A stretch of DNA of 64,000 nucleotides from Candidatus Methanoperedenaceae archaeon (lineage in GTDB: Archaea; Halobacteriota; Methanosarcinia; Methanosarcinales; Methanoperedenaceae). Positions 53,830-62,819 of the stretch are shown one piece after another. Numbering within the stretch: the stretch's first letter is position 1; every line of letters begins with the position of its first letter. A model generated the notes under the pieces. It was not told the DNA's origin and did not search any database. It saw nothing but the letters and a program-made list of their open reading frames with translations. The stretch is taken from the NCBI GenBank assembly GCA_963753595.1, contig CAVWCX010000001.1, positions 1 through 64,000 of the forward strand, read 5' to 3'. The position numbers were made by a program, and so were the translations under genes.

Positions 53830-55233
53830 TTATTTAAGTATCTCTATAAATGATTCTATACGATTCTGTGTCTGTTCAACTGATTCTAATCGTCCCAGTT
53901 CAGCAACTTCCAGGTTAATTGTTGGGACCCCTGTTTCTTCTTTCACAATGTCGGCGATCATCCTGGAAACAGCCGATTGGTAGCTGCATCCCCAGTTATA
54001 GCCGCATATAACACCATCAGCTCTTGATTTTTTCACTAATCCGACTATCCACTCAGCACGCACCTCAGTGGATTGTTCATAGGAATACGAAAGCACGCTT
54101 CGGGCTAATTTTTCATACGAATCGCCTGTTTCCTCAACATCGGCATAAATTTTGTTTAAGTGGTCATCTGTTCCCACTATTAAACCGCCTTTTTCTTCTA
54201 CGAAATCACCGCGAAGACCAAAGCACGAACCGCATGAAAATACCCTGACCGGATCGTCCTCTAATCCATCTGCTTTTACCGAGTGCTTTATCCGATCCTT
54301 TACTTCACGTTTTGCCCCCTCAAGAAGCTGTGTTGCGGCAAGAGAATCGCCTCGATCAAACCTGCCAAGAGTGATAGTACTTGATGTCTCTGTACTATTT
54401 ATTGGAGGAGTTGATGCCGACCAGGAAAGCTCAACCGTTTCACGCGCCAGCCGCCGTCCTTTATTTTCCAGCTTGATCTCCTTTTTCAGATCTTCATCGC
54501 TGGCTTCACTACCTTTTATTTCACCGATCTTTTTTATCAACCCATAAATTCTTGCTGCAAGATATTTTACTGTCCAGTCTTTATCCCGGGTGATAGGATA
54601 ATCGATTAAATATACAGGTACCTTGTGTTTATGAGTTCTATAAGATTCGATCGCATAAGCAATATCTGAGCAGCGTAAGCACATATACGGTGCGATCAGA
54701 TCAACAGGTACTAATTCTTGATGAATTGATTCTATGGCAGCTATTGGATTGTTGCACGCCTCGATAGAGACTGCTTTTCTTCCGCCTTCAAGTATTGTAT
54801 TCACGCGCTTGCCCGCTTCTCGTAAATTTAACCCTTCTTCCATATCCCTTGCCCAGCCCCTGAGTGGTCCTGGAACAATGGGTATCCCTCCGGCTGCAAA
54901 ATAAGGATCAACGGTCTGCCCTCCCTGAACATGTATGATCGGTGTACCCTGGCTATGTGCTTTTAAAAGGCGGTCCCTCAGTGTAAGAGAAAGATAGCCC
55001 CTTTTTATCCCGCTGAAGAATCCCACATCTTTTGACAATTGGCTATTGTGGAATCGTCCCAAACTGAATGCATGGGGAAATCTTCTTGGAGCTTCTTTTG
55101 TCATAAAATTCCAGATATCGGTGGATGAAACATGTGTCCCATCCCTGAAATCAAGTCCAGGGGTTTCTATAAATCGTTCTTTTATTTCTTCGGGGTATGA
55201 AAAGATTTCTTCGTTGTTATTTAATTTATTCAT
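53830..55233 (-). CDS. 2-hydroxyacyl-CoA dehydratase (HGD-D)/double-cubane-like Fe-S protein
   Basis: EACNN, CLRCSD, SCGSC, ADGVI...WGC.YQ, TQNRIESFIEIL. Confidence 0.82.
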   Translation of the reverse strand: MNKLNNNEEIFSYPEEIKERFIETPGLDFRDGTHVSSTDIWNFMTKEAPRRFPHAFSLGRFHNSQLSKDVGFFSGIKRGYLSLTLRDRLLKAHSQGTPIIHVQGGQTVDPYFAAGGIPIVPGPLRGWARDMEEGLNLREAGKRVNTILEGGRKAVSIEACNNPIAAIESIHQELVPVDLIAPYMCLRCSDIAYAIESYRTHKHKVPVYLIDYPITRDKDWTVKYLAARIYGLIKKIGEIKGSEASDEDLKKEIKLENKGRRLARETVELSWSASTPPINSTETSSTITLGRFDRGDSLAATQLLEGAKREVKDRIKHSVKADGLEDDPVRVFSCGSCFGLRGDFVEEKGGLIVGTDDHLNKIYADVEETGDSYEKLARSVLSYSYEQSTEVRAEWIVGLVKKSRADGVICGYNWGCSYQSAVSRMIADIVKEETGVPTINLEVAELGRLESVEQTQNRIESFIEILK

Positions 55234-55245
55234 ATTTCCTCTTAT

Positions 55246-55430
55246 TTATTTAAGTATCTCAATAAATGATTCTATTCGATTCTGTGTTTGTTCTACAGAT
55301 TCCATCCTGCCAAGCTCGGCAACTTCGATATTGATAGTTTGAATTCCTGTTTCTTCTTTAACAATGTCTGAGAGTATTCTGGAGATCCCGGACTGGTAAT
55401 TTGTTTATCCTGTCTATTTGATTGATTCAT
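55246..55430 (-). pseudogene. Internally deleted HGD-D paralog
   Basis: MNQSNRQDKQ joined out of frame to YQSGISRILSDIVKEETG...QNRIESFIEILK, near-identical to the neighbour's C-terminus. Confidence 0.85.
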
Positions 55431-55475
55431 ATTTTTAATCCCATATTTTCATAATTATATATTATAAATAATATT

Positions 55476-56336
55476 TTATAATATTGCTGTATCATGTTCC
55501 CCTTTCCAGTATGTTGCTTTCTTTTCCATCCAAACAAGTGCATAGTTTAGTGATAGACCAATTATTGCAAGAGTTAATATTCCCGCATACATCTCGGGAA
55601 TGCGAAACATTAGCTGGGAATCCTGGACAAAATACCCTAATCCTGATTTAGCAGCCAGCATCTCAGCGCCAATTACTACCATCACAGCCGCTTTGGCTGA
55701 AAGCCTCGCACCGGCGATAATAGATGGAATAGTTGCCGGGATGATGATTTTTTTGAAGAGATCTATATCCGATATCCCAAATGATTTAGCGGCTTTTATA
55801 AAAAGAGGATCAACACTCTTTACCCCACTTATTGTATTAATTAACATATACCAGAGCGCCGCATAAAATACTATAGCGATCTTTGAAGTTTCACCGATTC
55901 CAAACAGCATGATGAATAATGGAAGCAAAGCGAATTGCGATGTGTTTCTTAAACTCTGGATGAGTAGATCCGTATACTTTTCAACACGCGAATACCATCC
56001 CATCAAAAGCCCCAATGGAATAGCAATAATGGCGGCTAATCCAAATCCCAGAATAGATCGTTCCATACTTGCTTTTGCATGAAATAATATTTCTCCAGAT
56101 AAAACAAGATTTTTTAGAGTTAAAACTGTTTCAGAAAAGGTGGGGAAAAATATCGAACTGACTAAACCTGTCCTGGGCAGCACCTCCCATGCAAAAAAGA
56201 AGGCAAACAGAAGTATAAGACCATGAGCATGTTTGCTTATTTTTATAATCTTCTCTTTAAATCTCTTTATAAAGCCTTCGATCCCTAAAAAATCTACTTT
56301 TAATTCTTCTTTAGAACTGAATATTTCTTCTACCAT
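55476..56336 (-). CDS. SsuC/TauC-type ABC permease
   Basis: INTISGVKSVD...IKAAKSFG, GAEMLAAKSGLG. Confidence 0.9.
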   Translation of the reverse strand: MVEEIFSSKEELKVDFLGIEGFIKRFKEKIIKISKHAHGLILLFAFFFAWEVLPRTGLVSSIFFPTFSETVLTLKNLVLSGEILFHAKASMERSILGFGLAAIIAIPLGLLMGWYSRVEKYTDLLIQSLRNTSQFALLPLFIMLFGIGETSKIAIVFYAALWYMLINTISGVKSVDPLFIKAAKSFGISDIDLFKKIIIPATIPSIIAGARLSAKAAVMVVIGAEMLAAKSGLGYFVQDSQLMFRIPEMYAGILTLAIIGLSLNYALVWMEKKATYWKGEHDTAIL

Positions 56337-56362
56337 CTGTATTATCCTCCTTTTTTTCTTTT

Positions 56363-57199
56363 CTATCTTGCATACACAGATGCCAGCTCCCAATCTTTCT
56401 GTGCTTTGAGTACTTCTTCTTTAAGCGCTCCCCAGACTTTATGCCGGTTGTCTGCGAATTCATTACTTGATCTTATGTCTGCGTCTCTTGGTCTTGAAAG
56501 ATCAATATCTAATATTGTTTTTATAATTCCAGGTCTGGCTGTCATAACAGCGACCCTGTCTGCAAGGAATACTGCTTCGTCGATACTGTGAGTTACGAAG
56601 ATAACAGTTGTATGAGTTTTTTCCCAGATTTTGAGAAGCTCATTCTGAAGAATTTCACGGGTTTGTGCATCCAGGGCGGCATAAGGTTCGTCCATCAACA
56701 ATACATCAGGATTGGTTGCAAGCGCTCTTGCTATGGCAACTCTTTGCTGCATACCACCGGAAAGTTGATAGGGAAATCGATCTCCAAAGTCTGACAACCC
56801 GAATTGAGACAAAAGCTTTTTTGCAATTTGTCCTCTTTCCCCTTTTGGAACATTTCGCATTTCTAGTCCGAATTCTATGTTAGAAAGAGCTGTCCTCCAT
56901 GGAAACAACGCATACTGCTGGAATACATATGCAGTTTTGATATTAGGGCCGTCAAGAATTTTGTCATCGATATAGACTTTTCCGGTGGTATGATTTGTCA
57001 ATCCGCCAATTATATCAAGAAATACTGATTTTCCGCAACCACTTGGACCAACAAGTGTGAGAAATTCCCCTTTTCTGATGTTCAGGTTAACGCCAGCCAG
57101 CACCTCAACTTCATTGGAAATCAAGCCGTTGCTGATCACTTTCTGCCCATCTTTAAGTTTAAATTTTTTCGTAATGTCCTCAGTTCTTATTTTGTCCAA
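56363..57199 (-). CDS. SsuB/TauB-type ABC ATPase
   Basis: GPSGCGKS, LSGGMQQR, MDEP, VTHSIDEA. Confidence 0.93.
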   Translation of the reverse strand: MDKIRTEDITKKFKLKDGQKVISNGLISNEVEVLAGVNLNIRKGEFLTLVGPSGCGKSVFLDIIGGLTNHTTGKVYIDDKILDGPNIKTAYVFQQYALFPWRTALSNIEFGLEMRNVPKGERGQIAKKLLSQFGLSDFGDRFPYQLSGGMQQRVAIARALATNPDVLLMDEPYAALDAQTREILQNELLKIWEKTHTTVIFVTHSIDEAVFLADRVAVMTARPGIIKTILDIDLSRPRDADIRSSNEFADNRHKVWGALKEEVLKAQKDWELASVYAR

Positions 57200-57310
57200 T
57201 CAAAACATCTCCTTCCAATCGTATTCGACTGCGGTATTGTCATTAATTCTTGATCGCAGAATTTCAATAAAAGCCTCAACGCGATTTTGAGAGCTGTATA
57301 GCTCTTTCAC
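57200..57310 (-). pseudogene. 36-codon in-frame relic of another HGD-D paralog
   Basis: GGAGGT RBS, GTG AAA GAG CTA TAC then SQNRVEAFIEILRSR... Confidence 0.8.
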
Positions 57311-58500
57311 GCATTTACCTCCTGAATATTTTTATTTCTTACAAGCTCTATAAAAGCCTCAGCTCTTGTTCGTATAGCTCCTTCATCAGAACCGGCATAT
57401 TCCGTATGGATCTCAAGCAAGGGTATTCCCTCTGTTTTGAGAACGTTCTTTGTTTCGCCTGCCTTGAAAGTCCAGGGATCGCAATATCTCAATGTGTGAT
57501 AGATTACTCCCTGCGCCCTGTTGTCTTTGATCAATTGTTTCAGATTTTTAAGCCTCTTATCCGTTTCCAATTCCAAATAAGGTAGCGATGCATGAGGAAC
57601 CCGGTTAAGATATGCGTCTGCTATGCCCTCTATAGAAGGTTCTTTAATATTTACATCCAGGATCGGGTTAAGCCCAGACCACAGGTCATCTCCTACTATC
57701 GTGCCGCCCACCTGCTCGATAATATTTATCAGCTTTCTATCTTTAGGAGGAATTATGCTGCCGGATATGAAAATGCGGGCATCTCCGTTAAGATTTCCAG
57801 TTTTTGGGGTGCCGTGTTTTTCTTTCAGTTCTTTTAAAAGTTCCTGGAGTAATGAATTATACCGCCCTCTATCAAGGTAATATCCTGCCTGTACTATATC
57901 GAAAACTTCACGCCATTTTATAGGTGGTTTGTCAGCTGATTGGTATTTGTATAATTCTATTATGGATTTCCTTATGCTATTGTAAAGTTTGATGGATTCT
58001 GCAAGTTTCTTCTTATCAAGTTCGGTTCCTGCGAATTTTTCTAATCTATGCGTGAAGGCCTCTACTTCTTTGCGGAAATATTCCTGTCCTTCAGGCAGAT
58101 CAAAATTCTTTGGAACTCCAAGAATATCAGTGTTGACCTTGAAGTAATGTTTTATAAGCTCTGCCACGCGGTATGTTTGTAAGCAGGTTGCATCCACTGC
58201 TACCAGATCTGAATTTTTAATATATGGATCCTGGTTCTCTGCAAAGAGCCCTACGAGCTCTCTTGTAAAAACACAATTCTTTGTGGATATATACCTGGAG
58301 CCAATTTCAACCAGTCTGTCGTCTCCTCCTGTTCCAAGCCTGATCGGGATTAATCCAAGGGCGTGGATGATCTCTTCAGGGATATTGTAATTAAACCACC
58401 CAACAACCTTTTCCCCTTTTTTTCTTGCTTCTGCAAGCTCCTGAGGTCTATCCTTTACTGCATTTTCTATTTTGTTTATAGTCTCTAATACCATACTCAC
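57307..58500 (-). CDS. 2-hydroxyacyl-CoA dehydratase subunit (HgdB-like)
   Basis: PEEII.A.G..P, three Cys (KNCVF, ATCLQ, RYCDP), TRAEAFIE. Confidence 0.88.
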   Translation of the reverse strand: MSMVLETINKIENAVKDRPQELAEARKKGEKVVGWFNYNIPEEIIHALGLIPIRLGTGGDDRLVEIGSRYISTKNCVFTRELVGLFAENQDPYIKNSDLVAVDATCLQTYRVAELIKHYFKVNTDILGVPKNFDLPEGQEYFRKEVEAFTHRLEKFAGTELDKKKLAESIKLYNSIRKSIIELYKYQSADKPPIKWREVFDIVQAGYYLDRGRYNSLLQELLKELKEKHGTPKTGNLNGDARIFISGSIIPPKDRKLINIIEQVGGTIVGDDLWSGLNPILDVNIKEPSIEGIADAYLNRVPHASLPYLELETDKRLKNLKQLIKDNRAQGVIYHTLRYCDPWTFKAGETKNVLKTEGIPLLEIHTEYAGSDEGAIRTRAEAFIELVRNKNIQEVNA

Positions 58501-59303
58501 ACCTTTGAGCCATAGCTCCTGGCGAGTACTGCCGCTCCCAGTGCCCCAACCAACTGCGGATCATATTCTGGCGCAACTATCTTCGCTTTAAGTACTTCTT
58601 CCAGCGCTGCTTTCATTCCTACATTTTTTGCAACTCCGCCTGAGAAGAAAACATCGCTCTCCACACCTACACGCGAAAACATCCCTGATATCCTGTTTGC
58701 AATGGCATGGTGTATTCCTTTAATTATATTCCCCGGTTTCTCACCTCTTGCCAGCAGTGAGACTGTTTCGGATTCTGCAAAAACCGTGCATGTGCTGCTC
58801 ATCGGGACGATTTCTTTTGCATTTAATGACAGCGGACCCAGGTCGTTCAGTTTAACCTTAAAAACATTTGCCATAACTTCAAGGAACCGCCCTGTTCCTG
58901 CTGCGCATTTGTCGTTCATTGCAAAATCTACAACGTTTCCTTTCTCATCCAGGCGGATCGCTTTGCAATCCTGCCCACCCATGTCTATTATTGTTCTTGT
59001 TGCAGGGTGCAGGTAATGTGCCCCCCTGCCATGGCAGGTAATCTCGGTTACTGTTTTATCTGCATAAGGCGCTGAGATCCTTCCATAACCGGTTGCAACT
59101 ATGTATTTCAGGTCATCACGCTTGAGTTTTGCAGATTTAAGCGCTTTTTCAAGAGCAAGCAAGCCGCTCTCTTCTGAGTTCAATCCGGATTGAACAAGAC
59201 CATACCCGAGGATCGAGCCATTTGACACAATTACTGATTTTGCTGTCAGCGAGCCTACATCCACACCCGCAAATGGCGGTTTTATATTTGATTTCGTTGT
59301 CAT
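58497..59303 (-). CDS. ATP-dependent activator (HgdC/BadF-BadG archerase)
   Basis: GVDVGS..AK, ATGYGR, EITCH, DMGGQD.K, MNDKCAAGTG, STCTVFAESE. Confidence 0.95.
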   Translation of the reverse strand: MTTKSNIKPPFAGVDVGSLTAKSVIVSNGSILGYGLVQSGLNSEESGLLALEKALKSAKLKRDDLKYIVATGYGRISAPYADKTVTEITCHGRGAHYLHPATRTIIDMGGQDCKAIRLDEKGNVVDFAMNDKCAAGTGRFLEVMANVFKVKLNDLGPLSLNAKEIVPMSSTCTVFAESETVSLLARGEKPGNIIKGIHHAIANRISGMFSRVGVESDVFFSGGVAKNVGMKAALEEVLKAKIVAPEYDPQLVGALGAAVLARSYGSKV

Positions 59304-59448
59304 ATCTTCCTCCTCTTTTACTAAGAGTAAGGTCAATATTCCCTGTGGATATATCACAGTTTAGAAATCAGCAACTATCGCCCTATTTATTCCAGATTCT
59401 GCATGATTGCGGCAATATTTTCCGATTCAATTCTGTTTTATGCCGTTT

Positions 59449-60639
59449 TCATGATGCTGATGTTTTTCGATTCAATTCATTTTTTCCACTAACAATAATA
59501 TAAAGTGCCATAACCCCAAACAGAGGTATAAAAGACAGGAAAATTGCCTGTGTGCTGAAAAAATCTCCGATAATTCCTCCCAGCGTTGGCCCGAATATTG
59601 AACCCATGCCATGACCGAAAGAGAAGATGCCCGCTATCTTGCCCTTCTCTCCGTCAATATTTCCGACCTGTGTAAATGTAATAAGTGTGATCAAACCTGA
59701 GCTCATTCCAATAACGACAGATGCTATTGAAATCTGAAAAATATCCCTGCTCATTCCCATAACCAGCAGAGCGAGAATGCTTACAATAAAACTGAATAAA
59801 TACAGGTTATTATTGTTTTTACGAAGCAACTGCCCCCCTAAAAATACCACACAAATAGTTGCGCCTCCCTTTAGCGCTATTAACATAGCAGCTACACCTG
59901 CAGATAAATCAAGGTCTTTGATCACAAGAACAGTGATGAAGGTAATAAAAGTAACAAAAAATGCACCATTTATACTCTCAATAATTGTTGCAGTTACTAA
60001 GGACCTGTTTTTTGCAAGCGCCTTGTAATGATTTGAGGCATCTGCAAATCCAAAATTTTTTGGTTTAGCAGGTAAATTGCTTCCACTATTTGTCCGGGCA
60101 AGAATAACTATGAACGGCGCAAGTAAAAATACGCTTGCAAGTGCGAAATAGCTTTTATAACTTATAACTACTATGGCCATTCCCCCAAGAACAGGCCCTA
60201 TCAATGAACCACCCACATTCATCGAACCCTTGAACCAGCCTCCTTTTTTGATGCCAATGAGGTTCATATTCTTGAAAAAATCAGCGTTGAGTGCGGTTGT
60301 TCTTAGACTTCTTGCCATGCCGAAAAATATCATACTGAAAAGAAGAAGTTCAATACTGGATACATATGAGATGAGAACAATTATTGATGAACCCATTACA
60401 GCGCTTACAGAGTACATCTTTTTGGAACCTAAATAATCCACCATGAATCCCGCAGGTAATACTACAAGTAAATCCCCGATCCCGGCTATCCCTTTGATCA
60501 GCCCGATCTGAGTAGAAGAAGCGTTCAGGCTGAGTGCGTAAATAGGCAGTATTAAATTCACCATACCCATCGCAATACCGGTGCTTATATTGATGAGCAT
60601 AAATTTTAAAATAAGCTCATTACCCTTGAAAATCTTCAC
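59449..60639 (-). CDS. MFS transporter
   Basis: 12-TM pattern, G..VDYLGSKK motif A. Confidence 0.9.
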   Translation of the reverse strand: MKIFKGNELILKFMLINISTGIAMGMVNLILPIYALSLNASSTQIGLIKGIAGIGDLLVVLPAGFMVDYLGSKKMYSVSAVMGSSIIVLISYVSSIELLLFSMIFFGMARSLRTTALNADFFKNMNLIGIKKGGWFKGSMNVGGSLIGPVLGGMAIVVISYKSYFALASVFLLAPFIVILARTNSGSNLPAKPKNFGFADASNHYKALAKNRSLVTATIIESINGAFFVTFITFITVLVIKDLDLSAGVAAMLIALKGGATICVVFLGGQLLRKNNNNLYLFSFIVSILALLVMGMSRDIFQISIASVVIGMSSGLITLITFTQVGNIDGEKGKIAGIFSFGHGMGSIFGPTLGGIIGDFFSTQAIFLSFIPLFGVMALYIIVSGKNELNRKTSAS

Positions 60640-60763
60640 GCCTAAACTCTAAAAAGCAGATATATAGCACTATACAAATCAGCAAGTGTTACCGTATTTA
60701 TTCGGAAAAACGAACGTTTGAGGCAATTATTTTCCGGGCTGGCTTAGAACTGTATAACCAGTT

Positions 60764-61984
60764 TTACCCGGCGGTATTTTCTTCAACATTTTCAGGTAAT
60801 TTGCTGATGTTTTCAGATACGATTTTTTTACCACTAATGAATGTATGAATTGCCATCGCGCTAAATGGGATCATAAAAGCAAGAAAAATCGCCTGCACAC
60901 CATAAATATCCCCGATTATTCCACCAAGCGTAGGGCCAATTATAGCGCCAATGCCGTGACCGAAATTAAAGAACCCTGCTATCTTACCTTTTTCCCCATC
61001 CAGACTTCCGACTTCTGTAAAATTGATAAGAGTGATCAGACCGGTGCCTAACCCGTTTAACAACGAGGCCAGACCAAGCTGAATAGTATCAGTTCCTACC
61101 CCCAAAAAAAGAAGTGAAAAAACAGTGGTGATATATGCGAATAAATATAATCTGTTATTGTTCTTCTGCAAGTATGCACCTCCCATGAATACAACAAGCA
61201 AAGTGGACAATCCTTTTAAAGAGATAAGGGCCGCTGCAATACCAGGGGATAACCCCAGGTCTTTGATCACAAGTACTGTAATAAAAACCGTAAATGTCAT
61301 GAAAAATGCGGTATTAATGCCATTTTTGATAGTCGCACTAACCAGGGTCTTGTTCTTTGTAAGAGACAAATAGTGGCTAGAACTGCCGATCAAACTGAGA
61401 TTCTGTTTTTTCACATGCGAACGTATCTTATTTTTTGAGCCGGCATTTATCACCATGAGTGGTATTATTAAAATTGCACCCGTTATAAGAAAATAGCTAT
61501 TAAAACTGAGGGCTACTGCAGCTATACCGCCGATCATAGGTCCCAACAAAGCTGATCCTATGGTCATTGAACCCTTGTACCATCCGGCTTTTTTTACACC
61601 TATTGTATTCATGTTTTGGAAAAATGCAGCGCTTAACGACGTAGTCCTGAAAGTTCTGGCCACACCGTAGAATATCATGGTCAATAAGAGAATTTTCGGA
61701 CTGGCAGCCAGTGATAATAGCATTATTATCACAGCGCTGCAAATGCAGCTTATCGAATATGTTTTTCTTGATCCTAAATAATCCACAATAAATCCGGCGA
61801 CCAGCACTACAAGGATGTCTCCGATGCCTGAAAATCCTTTTATCATACCTATTTCGGTAGAAGTTGCATTCAGGCTGAGGGCATACACAGGGATGATAAA
61901 ATTCATCATGCCAATGGCAATTCCGGAACTGATATTTATTAGCATGAATCTGAAAATAAGTTCGTTGCCCCTGAAAAATTTCAT
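60764..61984 (-). CDS. MFS transporter (tandem paralog, duplicated with its promoter)
   Basis: Similar to 59449-60639; ~100 bp of upstream sequence also conserved. Confidence 0.9.
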   Translation of the reverse strand: MKFFRGNELIFRFMLINISSGIAIGMMNFIIPVYALSLNATSTEIGMIKGFSGIGDILVVLVAGFIVDYLGSRKTYSISCICSAVIIMLLSLAASPKILLLTMIFYGVARTFRTTSLSAAFFQNMNTIGVKKAGWYKGSMTIGSALLGPMIGGIAAVALSFNSYFLITGAILIIPLMVINAGSKNKIRSHVKKQNLSLIGSSSHYLSLTKNKTLVSATIKNGINTAFFMTFTVFITVLVIKDLGLSPGIAAALISLKGLSTLLVVFMGGAYLQKNNNRLYLFAYITTVFSLLFLGVGTDTIQLGLASLLNGLGTGLITLINFTEVGSLDGEKGKIAGFFNFGHGIGAIIGPTLGGIIGDIYGVQAIFLAFMIPFSAMAIHTFISGKKIVSENISKLPENVEENTAG

Positions 61985-62155
61985 GGCTAAACTCTAAAAA
62001 GCAAATATATAGCACTATAGAAATCAGCAAGGGTTGCTGTATTTATTCGGAAAGACGAATGTTTGGGGCAAGTTTCTATCCGAACATTGGATGAAGTGAA
62101 GGAAAGAAAGCACAGAGTCGGCCATGAACTGAGGTTCCTAAATGAATATTAAAAA

Positions 62156-62228
62156 AACAACGAACAAAAATGAACTGAAACGAACTCCGGTGGCGTGAGT
62201 TCGTTTGGTTCGTACGAGTTCGTTGTTA
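62156..62228. repeat. Periodic nested palindrome
   Basis: AACAACGAAC-AAAAATGAAC-TGAAACGAACTC ... GAGTTCGTTT-GGTTCGTACG-AGTTCGTTGTT. Confidence 0.75.
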
Positions 62229-62296
62229 ATTTTCAACCAGACGCAAGGCGAAATCGCAAAGGAGAGGGCAGGGTGCGGGTATGTGCCGTTGAATCC

Positions 62297-62818
62297 TCAA
62301 ACCACCCCCACCTTTTTTCGATGCCCGACCAGTCCCCCATCAGCCAGTATCTCCTGCAGGAACTCAGGAAGTTTAGAAGCCGGATATTTCACGCCTTCAT
62401 GTACAATTATTCCATTCACCAAGTCGATTTCAATAGTGTCCCCTTCTTCGCAGTCGATCCTTGCTTCAATGATTGGCAGACCCACATTGATGGCATTCCT
62501 GAAAAATATCCTTGCGAACGATCCCGCCACCACGCAGGCAACGCCAGCATATTTTAACGCCAGGGGCGCCTGTTCGCGGGATGAGCCGCATCCGAAATTC
62601 TCACCTGCCACGATTACATCGCCCTTTTGCACTTTTTTTGAGAACTGCGGGTCTAATCCTTCCATGACATGGGCTGCGAATACTCCAAAATCAGTGGTAC
62701 GCAGGTATTTTCCGGGAATAATTACGTCCGTATCCACATTATCGCCAAATTTCCATACTTTTCCCGTGATTTTTTTAAAATTATTATTATTTGTATTATT
62801 TTTATTATTGATCGTCAT
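62297..62818 (-). CDS. leuD: 3-isopropylmalate dehydratase/homoaconitase small subunit
   Basis: [41 protein letters not shown]. Confidence 0.9.
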   Translation of the reverse strand: MTINNKNNTNNNNFKKITGKVWKFGDNVDTDVIIPGKYLRTTDFGVFAAHVMEGLDPQFSKKVQKGDVIVAGENFGCGSSREQAPLALKYAGVACVVAGSFARIFFRNAINVGLPIIEARIDCEEGDTIEIDLVNGIIVHEGVKYPASKLPEFLQEILADGGLVGHRKKVGVV

Positions 62819-62819
62819 T

